Source: Verrucomicrobiota bacterium
GTDB lineage: Bacteria; Verrucomicrobiota; Verrucomicrobiia; Limisphaerales; UBA11358
Direction: 5' to 3'
Length of the DNA: 61,143 nucleotides
NCBI GenBank assembly: GCA_050015635.1
Contig: JBEKBA010000002.1
Coordinates: 1 to 61,143, forward strand
The stretch's first letter is position 1, and the number at the start of each line of letters is the position of its first letter. Shown in pieces: positions 35,095-43,762 of this stretch. Made by a program: the position numbers and the translations under genes. The notes beneath the pieces were generated by a model, which searched no databases, was not told where the DNA came from, and saw only the letters and a list, made by a program, of their open reading frames with translations.

Positions 35095-35195
35095 TTTTGA
35101 ACCTCAACCTATTCTCGACTCGCGCGAACGTCAGCGATTCCAATTTCATGGTAGGGACATTGGCCGGTGCGGCTCGCACTTCCACGTCGTCCCCG
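35095..35195 (+). repeat. Intergenic repeat family, diverged copy C
   Basis: The core ATTTCATGGTAGGGAC...GGCCG...CTTCCACGTCGTCCC (35142-35192) matches copies A and B, and the left part is only loosely similar. It fills the gap between the rhomboid stop and the stop of the 35197..35664 ORF. Confidence 0.5.
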
Positions 35196-35196
35196 T

Positions 35197-35664
35197 TCAG
35201 TTTTGTTCTCGCTCCCCGGAGCAATTTGGTATCTCACTCAGCGTCTCCCGCGTCTTCGTCACGTCATGCTTCAGGAATTGTAGTTGTTTGCCAATGCCTA
35301 AACCTTTCATTGGGATTTTGTAATCCCTGATGTGAGCCATCAAGTTGTCTCGATATATTTGCCCAGCGAGAAAAATAAAATGGTCATTCTTCACGTCGGT
35401 TTTTTCTTTGAGTTGAGCGGCAACCCCATTGGCCCATTCTTTTCGTTGTGCCGATGTCATCTCTTTGAGCGTAACGTCATAACGTTCTATCTCGGTTTCT
35501 AAATCAAGCAGACCATACTTGGCTGAAAGAATGAAAATGGCGTCAGGGTTTTGATTTCTCGTATATCGCAGGGCTAGTTTAAACCAAGGGCTAATGTATA
35601 AATCACCGGCCTTCGCCTTGGATCGTTTCGTTTTAACACAGGAAATCAGAACTATTGTCTTCAT
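35197..35664 (-). CDS. Hypothetical 155-aa protein with N-terminal 'LISCVKTK' motif (possibly DUF6884-like)
   Basis: MKTIVLISCVKTKRSKAKAGDLYISPWFKLALRY... It is the last gene of the R-M-like cassette. The family assignment is from memory only. Confidence 0.45.
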   Translation of the reverse strand: MKTIVLISCVKTKRSKAKAGDLYISPWFKLALRYTRNQNPDAIFILSAKYGLLDLETEIERYDVTLKEMTSAQRKEWANGVAAQLKEKTDVKNDHFIFLAGQIYRDNLMAHIRDYKIPMKGLGIGKQLQFLKHDVTKTRETLSEIPNCSGEREQN

Positions 35665-35677
35665 GGTTCAGGTTTGA

Positions 35678-35836
35678 TTAGACAAGTTCGCCCTCCTCTT
35701 TCGCCCGCTGCATTTTTGGTGTTTTGACTTTTGCGGTTTTGGCTTCTTCCGCTGCGCGTTCAAGATTCAGAGTGAGCAACTTTTCCAGAATATCGCGGAC
35801 GGCGAGCAGAATGATGCTTTTGACACTACGCTTCAT
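35678..35836 (-). CDS. Hypothetical 52-aa Lys/Glu-rich protein
   Basis: MKRSVKSIILLAVRDILEKLLTLNLERAAEEAKTAKVKTPKMQRAKEEGELV. Its ATG (35836-35834) overlaps the methylase stop as ATGA, suggesting translational coupling. Confidence 0.4.
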   Translation of the reverse strand: MKRSVKSIILLAVRDILEKLLTLNLERAAEEAKTAKVKTPKMQRAKEEGELV

Positions 35837-36795
35837 TTTGTGCGGTGCGATTTTTTCGCAACCGATGAAACTTTGTAAGCTGTCGGTTCTTCTCGAAAAA
35901 TTCCGCCATCTTCGACCCAATCAAGATTGCGACCAATTAACAATTCGTCCATCTCGGCGTGATGTGTGTTTTTCATCGCCACGGGTTTTGTCTTGAAGCC
36001 ATGTTGCTCGGCCAATGCGCGAACTTCTTCGGCATTGTCGTATGTCATCAGAAAATCTCCGCGCAGTTTTTCACAAACAGAAAAGAGATGCTCGTGGTCA
36101 ATTTCTGAATGTGTGTAAAGCCGCGAGCCAGCACGCTTGCCACCAGCGGTGTATGGCGGATCAATAAAAAATACGGCATCCCGCTCTTTCTGAAAACGAG
36201 CCAGCACGTCAAAAGCATCGCCGTGGATAAATTCAAGACGGTTTGCAACGTGTTCAATGTTTGTAATCCGTTTGGCAATCGTTTGCGGATACCAGCGCGA
36301 CAAAATTCCTTTTCCGTTCTCACCATTCTTTAGCACACCAGCACCTTCCGCCAAAATTCCGCCGTGTGCCGTCCGGTTTTTGAGGACTGTCTGGAATGCG
36401 CGTTCGCATTGTGACTTTGGAGATTTGGCAAACTCTGCTTTGGCGGATTCTGGCGACAAATCGAAATTCATTATTCGTTTGGCCAGCCATCGCGCATCGC
36501 CCGCAAGAATTGTCTGCCAGACAGCGGCAATTTGGTCATCGAGTTCAACCATGACGACGGAATCGGCAAGATGCTCAAATGCGGCAGTAAGACTGATAAT
36601 TCCGCCACCAGCAAAAGGCTCAACCAGAACTTTTGGCTGGCTCGGAAGGCTCATCATCCAACGACGGAAAAGTGGCACGAGCCAAGTCTTCCCGCCGGGA
36701 TAACGAAACGGGCTGCGTTGCGGCACAGACGCCACATTCACCGGCCTGTCACGTTCAACGAAGTCTGGTAATAAAAATGTTTGCGAGACGCTCAT
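35833..36795 (-). CDS. DNA N6-adenine methyltransferase, D12 class (Dam family)
   Basis: 320 aa with FRYPGGKTWL, EPFAGGG (motif I) and FFIDPPYTAGG (DPPY, motif IV). Confidence 0.85.
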   Translation of the reverse strand: MSVSQTFLLPDFVERDRPVNVASVPQRSPFRYPGGKTWLVPLFRRWMMSLPSQPKVLVEPFAGGGIISLTAAFEHLADSVVMVELDDQIAAVWQTILAGDARWLAKRIMNFDLSPESAKAEFAKSPKSQCERAFQTVLKNRTAHGGILAEGAGVLKNGENGKGILSRWYPQTIAKRITNIEHVANRLEFIHGDAFDVLARFQKERDAVFFIDPPYTAGGKRAGSRLYTHSEIDHEHLFSVCEKLRGDFLMTYDNAEEVRALAEQHGFKTKPVAMKNTHHAEMDELLIGRNLDWVEDGGIFREEPTAYKVSSVAKKSHRTK

Positions 36796-37673
36796 TTGCC
36801 AAAAGGATTTTCCAGTGTGCGATTTATTGGCGGCGTTTCCAGTTTCTCGTCAACTTTTTCCTGCAAGTGGCTGATAAAATCTTCCATTTTTCCGGGACGC
36901 GATTTTGTGATCTGATTCAATGCGGGTTCAAAACGTGTATAAACAATCCGCTCTCGGAATAATTCATATTGATCACCTGCATTTGCGGGCGGCTTCAAAT
37001 CATAAATCATCCAGGCAATGTCGGCTTTGTCTTTTACAACTTCCGGCAGCTTTGGCAGCGTGTTGAAAAACGCTTTATTGAGCGCGACGGCAGTTTTCTT
37101 GCCCCAGGCGTTGATAATTCCGCCCTTGAAAATTAATTGCGGAGCGAGCCGTTTTCGGGATGAAGATAAATAATCCGGTCGTGGATAATTGGCTTCGTTT
37201 GCCCAATCCATTTTACAATTTTTGGCCGGAGATTCCATGTAATGCTCAAACGGATTTCGCACGTTGCCTGAAATATACACAGCTTGAACTTCAAGCGCGC
37301 CGAAATCATAAACTTTCCCGGATTTATCGTAAGCACAGACAACAATGTCAATATTGCCCGCTGAACCTCCGTCGGCATCTTTCAGGCGAACTTCCGTGAG
37401 TGTTGTCCAGGTTGCATTCGGAGCGAAGAAAAAGTCCGCCGCATCATCGGCGATCATCCAGCTTTGACGAAAACGGATCGGACAGGTGATGACTACTTCG
37501 CCGTCGTGAAATACACTGCACACGCCGAGCGGATTTTGGGCTTTATCTTTTGTGCAATTCGGAACTTTATTGTTGAATGGGCAGAGACGTTTTGTCCGAT
37601 GGCGATTGGCCTTGGCACTCATGTCCGTTGTCGTAAAGCCGAAAACTTCTGCGAGTGGATGCTTTGTATTCAT
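36792..37673 (-). CDS. Type II restriction endonuclease, NotI-family-like
   Basis: 293 aa. The N-terminal LAEVFGF...CPFNNKVPNCTKDKAQNPLGVCSV...ITCPIRF matches the Cys4 metal-binding pattern of NotI (AEFFG..CPF..C.K..GVC..CP.R), and ALEVQAVYISGN matches NotI VLEIQTMDFHGS, as I recall it. The stop overlaps the methylase ATG (ATGA). Confidence 0.6.
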   Translation of the reverse strand: MNTKHPLAEVFGFTTTDMSAKANRHRTKRLCPFNNKVPNCTKDKAQNPLGVCSVFHDGEVVITCPIRFRQSWMIADDAADFFFAPNATWTTLTEVRLKDADGGSAGNIDIVVCAYDKSGKVYDFGALEVQAVYISGNVRNPFEHYMESPAKNCKMDWANEANYPRPDYLSSSRKRLAPQLIFKGGIINAWGKKTAVALNKAFFNTLPKLPEVVKDKADIAWMIYDLKPPANAGDQYELFRERIVYTRFEPALNQITKSRPGKMEDFISHLQEKVDEKLETPPINRTLENPFGK

Positions 37674-37935
37674 TTGAAGTTGTCACAGTAGTAGAGCGTG
37701 TCCATGCCGCGATTTTGCGCGGGAAATTCGCCACCGTCAATCCACCATCTGAAATGCAAAAAAACGTTCTGTTAAATGCAGGACACCCACGCCCGACAAT
37801 TGCCAATCGCAGCTTTTCCCATCATTCCGTAAACCCGCTGCTGCAATCGCGCTGGCTGGAAACGCGGGGTTTTGTGCCGGCAACGGCCCGGTAGTTCAGG
37901 CTTTTAATTTTTCCTTTTTCGTTTTTAATTCCCCC

Positions 37936-39273
37936 ATGATTACGCGCTATTCCCGGCCGGAAATGCGGGCCATCTGGACGGATGAAAACAAGCTCCGCAT
38001 CTGGCTGCAAATCGAACTCCTCGCCAGCGAAGCGCTGGTTGGGGAAGGGATCGTGCCCAAGGCCGATTTCGCTAAAATGAAAACTGGCGCGGAGAAATGT
38101 TTGGCGGATACGAAAGCCTTGGCCGCACGCGCGAAGGAATTGGAAAAGACGCTCAATCACGACGTCATCGGATTCACGACGGCCGTCGTCGAAAAAATAA
38201 ATGACCGCGCCGGCCGCTGGCTGCATTTCGGTCTGACCAGCAGCGACATCGGCGACACCGCGTTCGCCGTTCAAATGACGCAGAGCGCGGATATTCTCAT
38301 CTCCGACGCAAGGCAATTGCTGCCGGTCATCGCCCGCCGCGCGAAGGAATACAAATTCACGCCCTGTATCGGGCGCAGCCACGGCATCCACGCCGAGCCG
38401 ACGACGTTTGGTTTGAAACTTGCCCTCATGCGCGACGAATTTGGCCGCGCTCTGGAACGCCTCGAGCGCGCGCGCAAGGTCGTCGCCGTCGGAAAAATTT
38501 CCGGTGCTGTCGGCACGAGCGCGCATTTGTCACCGCGCGTGGAAAAATTTGTCTGCAAAAAACTCGGGTTGAAGCCCGCGCCCATCGCCACGCAAGTGGT
38601 TCAGCGCGACATCCACGCCGAGTTCATGAGCGCGCTCGCCCTCGTCGGCGCGAGCATGGAGCGTTGGGCGGTCGAGTTCCGCCACCTCCAGCGCACGGAA
38701 GTGCTCGAAGCCGAGGAACCGTTCACGAAAGGCCAAAAGGGCTCAAGCGCCATGCCGCACAAACGCAATCCCATCACTTGGGAACGCCTTACCGGCCTCG
38801 CCCGCGTGCTCCGTGGCAACGCCGTCGCCGCGCTGGAAAACGTCGCCCTCTGGCACGAGCGCGACATCAGCCACAGTTCCGTTGAGCGGATTATTTTCCC
38901 CGATTCCTGCACGCTCCTCGACTACATGTTCGACCTGCTCACGCGCCTGATGGAGGGTCTCGTCGTCTATCCGGCGAACATGAAAAAGAATCTCTGCCTC
39001 TCGCTCGGCATGTGGAATTCACAGACCGTTTTACTCGCATTGATCAAAAAAGGCCTGACGCGCGAAGAGGCTTACGACCTCGTCCAGCGCAACGCGATGA
39101 AAACGTGGGAAGTCAAACACGCCGGTCGCGACGACGCGGATTTTCTCGAAATCCTGAAAGCCGACCCGGACGTGGCAGGGCATTTCCAGCAGGGTGAACT
39201 GGAAAAACTCTGCTCGCTTGACTTCCATTTCAAGGAAGTGAAGAGCCGGTTCAAAAAATTGGGACTGAACTAA
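37936..39273 (+). CDS. purB: Adenylosuccinate lyase
   Basis: 445 aa with MITRYSRPEM start and GSSAMPHKRNP signature loop. Confidence 0.95.
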   Translation: MITRYSRPEMRAIWTDENKLRIWLQIELLASEALVGEGIVPKADFAKMKTGAEKCLADTKALAARAKELEKTLNHDVIGFTTAVVEKINDRAGRWLHFGLTSSDIGDTAFAVQMTQSADILISDARQLLPVIARRAKEYKFTPCIGRSHGIHAEPTTFGLKLALMRDEFGRALERLERARKVVAVGKISGAVGTSAHLSPRVEKFVCKKLGLKPAPIATQVVQRDIHAEFMSALALVGASMERWAVEFRHLQRTEVLEAEEPFTKGQKGSSAMPHKRNPITWERLTGLARVLRGNAVAALENVALWHERDISHSSVERIIFPDSCTLLDYMFDLLTRLMEGLVVYPANMKKNLCLSLGMWNSQTVLLALIKKGLTREEAYDLVQRNAMKTWEVKHAGRDDADFLEILKADPDVAGHFQQGELEKLCSLDFHFKEVKSRFKKLGLN

Positions 39274-39277
39274 ACCT

Positions 39278-40270
39278 ATGATGTATTCACCCGCTCCAAA
39301 TCGTTATGACTCGCCGCAATTTTACCGCCGTTGCGGTCGCTCCGGCGTCATGCTCCCGCTCATTTCGCTGGGGTTGTGGCATAACTTCGGCGCAAAGGAT
39401 TCGTTCGACAACGCCCGCGCCATCGCCTGCCGCGCGTTTGATCTGGGCGTCACGCATTTTGATCTGGCCAACAACTACGGTCCGCCGGACGGTTCGGCGG
39501 AGGAAACTTTTGGCCGCATCCTGCGCGAAGACTTGGCAAAGTGGCGCGACGAACTGATTATTTCCACCAAGGCGGGTTATTATATGTGGCCCGGTCCTTA
39601 CGGCGAATGGGGTTCGCGCAAATACCTCCTGTCGTCGCTCGACCAATCGCTGCGCCGCATGGGTCTTGAATACGTGGACATCTTCTATTCCCACCGGCCC
39701 GACCCCGACACGCCGCTGGAGGAAACGATGGGCGCGCTCGCGCACGCCGTCCGCAGTGGCAAGGCGCTTTACGCCGGAATCTCGAATTATCAACCCGCCG
39801 AAACCGCACGCGCAACGAAGATTCTGCGCGAACTGGGCGCGCCGTGCCTCATCCATCAGCCGCGTTACAGCATGTTCGACCGTTGGATTGAATCGCAACT
39901 GCTCGCCACCCTGGAACAGGAAGGCGTCGGCAGCATCGTCTTCTCGCCGCTCGCGAAAGGATTGTTGACCGACCGTTATTTCAATGGCATTCCCGCCGAT
40001 TCGCGCGCGGGGCATGATAAAAGATTTCTCCGTCCGGCGGACATCACCGAAACGGTGCTGGCAAAGACGAAAAAGCTAAACGACCTCGCGCAAGCGCGCG
40101 GGCAATCACTGGCGCAGATGGCGCTGGCGTGGGTGCTGCGGCACAAAACGGTGACAAGCGCGCTCATCGGCGCGAGCCGCGTGAGCCAGGTGGATGATTG
40201 CGTGGGCGTGATGCGTAACCTGATTTTCACGAGCGAAGAACTTGTGCGCATTGAACAAATCCTCGCGTAA
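39278..40270 (+). CDS. Aldo/keto reductase (YghZ / Kv-beta-like subgroup)
   Basis: 330 aa with FDLANNYGPPDGSAEE, GISNY and SALIGASR motifs. Confidence 0.85.
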   Translation: MMYSPAPNRYDSPQFYRRCGRSGVMLPLISLGLWHNFGAKDSFDNARAIACRAFDLGVTHFDLANNYGPPDGSAEETFGRILREDLAKWRDELIISTKAGYYMWPGPYGEWGSRKYLLSSLDQSLRRMGLEYVDIFYSHRPDPDTPLEETMGALAHAVRSGKALYAGISNYQPAETARATKILRELGAPCLIHQPRYSMFDRWIESQLLATLEQEGVGSIVFSPLAKGLLTDRYFNGIPADSRAGHDKRFLRPADITETVLAKTKKLNDLAQARGQSLAQMALAWVLRHKTVTSALIGASRVSQVDDCVGVMRNLIFTSEELVRIEQILA

Positions 40271-40605
40271 CAGACTCTCGCGTAGCAACTTGTGTTTTAG
40301 CAATGGCATATAACGGGTCAATGACCGCGCTATGGACCTTTCCCTTCGTAACTCACCATCACACACCATCATCCACCGTTGCCCATGGCTGAGCGTTTTG
40401 TGGCGCCGTCACACCGGATAGCAGGAACATGAACGCGGCCCCCACCAGCCACATGGCCGCCGCCATTGACTGAAGACAAAACAACCCGGCCGGTTCGGCG
40501 TATTCGTCCCATCGGATTGGTTTTTTACCCCCGCGAAAGGATACACAGACACCCGAAAATTCAAGTCCGGCTTTGTGCCGTCTGCATAAAATTAAGAACC
40601 GCGCC

Positions 40606-40633
40606 TTGACACAAGGCGGTTCATTGCTAACCT
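40606..40633 (+). promoter_or_regulatory. Putative sigma70-type promoter of the rpmH operon
   Basis: TTGACA (40606-40611), a 16-nt spacer and TAACCT preceded by TGC (an extended -10-like element), ~55 nt upstream of rpmH. Confidence 0.3.
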
Positions 40634-40688
40634 CTCGCGTTCTATCAACGGGGTTTTCCGTGCAAACGCGCGAACAAGAATCTGATTT

Positions 40689-40826
40689 ATGAAACGCCAG
40701 TATCAACCATCGAAAATCCGCCGCAAACGGCAGCACGGATTTCTTAACCGCAATTCGAGCAAGAGCGGCAAGGCCACGCTTGCCAATCGCCGTCGCGTCG
40801 GTCGCAAGCGTCTGACACCAGTTTAA
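40689..40826 (+). CDS. rpmH: 50S ribosomal protein L34
   Basis: Not in the ORF track (45 aa). Own translation: [45 protein letters not shown]. Confidence 0.92.
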   Translation: MKRQYQPSKIRRKRQHGFLNRNSSKSGKATLANRRRVGRKRLTPV

Positions 40827-40837
40827 CTCGCGTGTTC

Positions 40838-41209
40838 ATGCCCGCCGAATCGTCGAAACGCCTGCGCTTGAGTCGTGCTGCGCGGCTTCAACAGAGCCGT
40901 GACTTTGCGCGCGTGCGGCAGCAGGGGCAGCGCCTCGCGCTCGGCTGTCTCATCGCTAATTGGAATAGTTTGCCGGAAGGCGCAAAACCAAAATTGGGCG
41001 TCGTCACGAGCAAACGTATCGGCGGCGCGATTGAACGCAGTCGCGCGCGGCGTCTGTTGCGCGAAAGTTTCCGGCAGCATCAAAATGAATTGTCACGGCC
41101 AGTCGAACTTGTCCTCGTTGCGCGGCCTTCAATTGCCGGATGCGGCTTTGCGGAAGTTGAAAAGGATTTTCTGACGACGCTGCGGCGCGCGGGTTTGCTA
41201 AAAAATTAA
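40838..41209 (+). CDS. rnpA: Ribonuclease P protein component
   Basis: [22 protein letters not shown] is the typical RnpA start, and the gene follows rpmH. GTG 40832 or ATG 40838 could be the start. Confidence 0.8.
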   Translation: MPAESSKRLRLSRAARLQQSRDFARVRQQGQRLALGCLIANWNSLPEGAKPKLGVVTSKRIGGAIERSRARRLLRESFRQHQNELSRPVELVLVARPSIAGCGFAEVEKDFLTTLRRAGLLKN

Positions 41210-41223
41210 GGAGTGAAACCAAC

Positions 41224-41496
41224 TTGAATCCAGTCCAGCACATTTTCATCTTTGTTATTCGCGCTTATCGCTGGACATTTTCACCCGCACAAATTTTTCT
41301 CCTTGGCTCAACCGGCGGCTGCCGCTTCACACCAACCTGTTCACAATACGCGATTGAAGCGATTCATTCGCATGGCACCCTGACGGGAAGCATACTGGCG
41401 GCGAAACGTATTTGCCGGTGTCATCCGTGGGGCGATTGCGGTCATGACCCGGTTCCGCAAAACGAATTCAGCATCACAACGGGGCATATTCACTGA
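41224..41496 (+). CDS. yidD: Membrane protein insertion efficiency factor YidD
   Basis: [10 protein letters not shown]....[17 protein letters not shown]...G.....RI.RCHPW motif. TTG start. Confidence 0.85.
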   Translation: MNPVQHIFIFVIRAYRWTFSPAQIFLLGSTGGCRFTPTCSQYAIEAIHSHGTLTGSILAAKRICRCHPWGDCGHDPVPQNEFSITTGHIH

Positions 41497-41502
41497 TTTT
41501 TC

Positions 41503-43284
41503 ATGGACCGAACTGGTATTATTGTTGTTTCGATTTGCGTTGTGTTGCTCATCGCCTGGGTTGTCGAGACGGAAAAACAGGCCATGCGCTTGCAGCAACA
41601 ACAGGCCCAGTTTGCCGCGACCAACAAAATCGATTTAGCGCAAACGACAACAAGTTCGACGTCGGCGGCAGTGGCAATCGCCGCTTCAGACTCAATTTTC
41701 GGCACAAACATTCCCGAGCAGATGATTGTGCTGACGAACACACGCGCGCGTTACACTTTCACTTCGCGAGGCGGCGGTTTGAAATTGGTTGAATTGATCG
41801 ATTATCCCGAAACGGTTTCAGCCCGCTGGAAAAAACAGAACGAGAACCCGACCAACAGCGTTGCGACGTTGAACACGCGGGCGTCCGTTCCGATTCTCAC
41901 AATTCTGGGCGATCCAAGTTTCGTCGGTGACGGCAATTTCACTTTGACAAAAACGGACGACGGCGTTCGCGCGGAAAAAACGCTGACAAACGGCTTGGTT
42001 CTTTTGAAAGAATTTCACCTCAACTCGAATTATTTGATCAACGCAAGTGTAAGTTTCACAAACATGTCCGTGAAGCCGCTCGCGTTGCCCGCGCAGGAAT
42101 GGGTCGTGGGCACGGCGACGCCGATGGGTCCGGATGACAACGGTTTCACCGAGGGCGCGATGTGGTTCGACGGCGCAAAGCCGCAGGATGAAAGTCTGGC
42201 GTATTTCGGCACCAACACCACCGTTTTATTTTTCTTCCCGCGAACGCCAAAAACAGAATATCGCGCGGGTGCGGGCAATGTGGTTTGGGCGGCGGCACAC
42301 AACCAGTTCTTCGCGTTGTTAGCCATGCCGGAAAAACCGGCGCAACAAATTGTTGCGCTTCCGGTCACGTTGCCGCCCTTCCCGAATGTTGAGTCAATGC
42401 CGGGCACGCCGCCGCCACGGGGAGTCCAAACTGCGCTGGTTTATCCGGCGCAAACGCTCGCGGCAAATTCCTCGGTCGAGCGGCAAATCACTTTTTTTGC
42501 CGGGCCGAAGGAGTATCGGACATTGGCGCGCATCGGCGAGGAATTCAACAATCGCGCCGACTTGGTGATGCAATTCGGTTTTTTCGGATTTTTTGCGAAA
42601 GCATTGTTGCTTGGAATGAACTGGCTACATGACGTGACGAAATTGGGCTACGGTTGGACGATAGTTTTGATTACGGTGATCATCAAAATAACATTTTGGC
42701 CGTTGACGGCGGCGAGCACGCGCTCGATGAAACGGATGCAGGCGCTCACGCCGGAGTTGAAGGCGCTCAAGGAAAAATACAAGGATGACCCGCAAAAATT
42801 TACCCAAAAGCAGATGGAGCTTTGGAAGAAAAACAAGGTCAGCCCGATGGGCGGCTGCCTGCCGATGCTCATTCAAACGCCCGTGTTCATTGGCTTTTTC
42901 ACAATGCTTCGCAGCGCGATTGAATTGCGTGGCGCTCATTTTCTATGGGTCGCGGATTTATCGAAACCAGACACGCTATTCATGATTCCGGGACTGAATT
43001 TCCCTTTTAATTTACTACCGCTATTGATGGGCGGAGCAATGTTGTGGCAGTCGCACCTTCAGCCGCCATCGCCGGGCATGGATCCGGCGCAGGCAAAAAT
43101 GATGAAATATCTACCGCTGATGTTTTTGGTTTTTCTTTACAACTATTCGGCGGGTTTGGCACTGTATATGACCGTGAATTATCTACTGACCATCGTGCAG
43201 ACCAAATTGACAAGAACAGCAGGAAATGTTCCGATGGCAAATACCATTCCCGCCTTGACGCCGCTGTCAAAAAAGAAAAAATGA
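41503..43284 (+). CDS. yidC: Membrane protein insertase YidC
   Basis: 593 aa with an N-terminal anchor, a large periplasmic domain and a C-terminal 60-kDa-IMP core (KMQALTPELKALKEKYKDDPQK...GCLPMLIQTPVFI). Confidence 0.9.
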   Translation: MDRTGIIVVSICVVLLIAWVVETEKQAMRLQQQQAQFAATNKIDLAQTTTSSTSAAVAIAASDSIFGTNIPEQMIVLTNTRARYTFTSRGGGLKLVELIDYPETVSARWKKQNENPTNSVATLNTRASVPILTILGDPSFVGDGNFTLTKTDDGVRAEKTLTNGLVLLKEFHLNSNYLINASVSFTNMSVKPLALPAQEWVVGTATPMGPDDNGFTEGAMWFDGAKPQDESLAYFGTNTTVLFFFPRTPKTEYRAGAGNVVWAAAHNQFFALLAMPEKPAQQIVALPVTLPPFPNVESMPGTPPPRGVQTALVYPAQTLAANSSVERQITFFAGPKEYRTLARIGEEFNNRADLVMQFGFFGFFAKALLLGMNWLHDVTKLGYGWTIVLITVIIKITFWPLTAASTRSMKRMQALTPELKALKEKYKDDPQKFTQKQMELWKKNKVSPMGGCLPMLIQTPVFIGFFTMLRSAIELRGAHFLWVADLSKPDTLFMIPGLNFPFNLLPLLMGGAMLWQSHLQPPSPGMDPAQAKMMKYLPLMFLVFLYNYSAGLALYMTVNYLLTIVQTKLTRTAGNVPMANTIPALTPLSKKKK

Positions 43285-43302
43285 CGGCAACATATTTGAT
43301 TT

Positions 43303-43755
43303 ATGCCCGCGCAACCCAAAGAAACTCTGGAAAAAATCCTCGCGACGCTCGGTTTTCCAGCAACGGTTGAGGAACATAAACTTGAGGAAGGCGTTTTGCT
43401 CGATGTGAAGACCGATGAAGACGCCGGTCGGCTCATTGGTCGACAGGGCCAGATGCTTTCCGATTTACAATACATCACGAACCGTCTGCTTTTCCAGCAG
43501 GACGCAAGTTCGGCCAAGGTGACCGTGGACGTGGGCGGTTATCGCGCACAAGCGCGTGCAATGCTCGTTAAAAAAGCCATGGATGCTGCCGACAAGGTGC
43601 GCCGCTGGGGCGACGTGGTGGAACTGGAGCCGATGAACGCTTTTGATCGGCGGATCGTGCATCAAGCCTTGAAAGACGACCCCGCCGTACAAACCCACAG
43701 CGTCGAAGTGGACGGCACGGACAAAAAAGCACTCCTGCTCAAGCCGCGCCACTAA
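43303..43755 (+). CDS. jag: Jag-like RNA-binding protein (KH + R3H domains)
   Basis: 150 aa. GRLIGRQGQML (KH-like) and FDRRIVHQAL (R3H), positioned after yidC. Confidence 0.75.
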   Translation: MPAQPKETLEKILATLGFPATVEEHKLEEGVLLDVKTDEDAGRLIGRQGQMLSDLQYITNRLLFQQDASSAKVTVDVGGYRAQARAMLVKKAMDAADKVRRWGDVVELEPMNAFDRRIVHQALKDDPAVQTHSVEVDGTDKKALLLKPRH

Positions 43756-43762
43756 CCACGGC

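Noticed and set aside
37674-37935. Possible riboswitch or leader upstream of purB, or a C-box operator upstream of the nuclease gene
   Set aside because: I could not match any purine/ZTP riboswitch consensus by eye. Only a weak 5-bp palindrome (CCGCG-N6-CGCGG) and a weak TTGACG/CAAAAT promoter-like pair are present, which is not enough to call.
40359-40736. 125-aa minus-strand ORF upstream of and overlapping rpmH
   Set aside because: It overlaps the highly conserved L34 gene and its putative promoter in antisense. It has no start context and no motifs.
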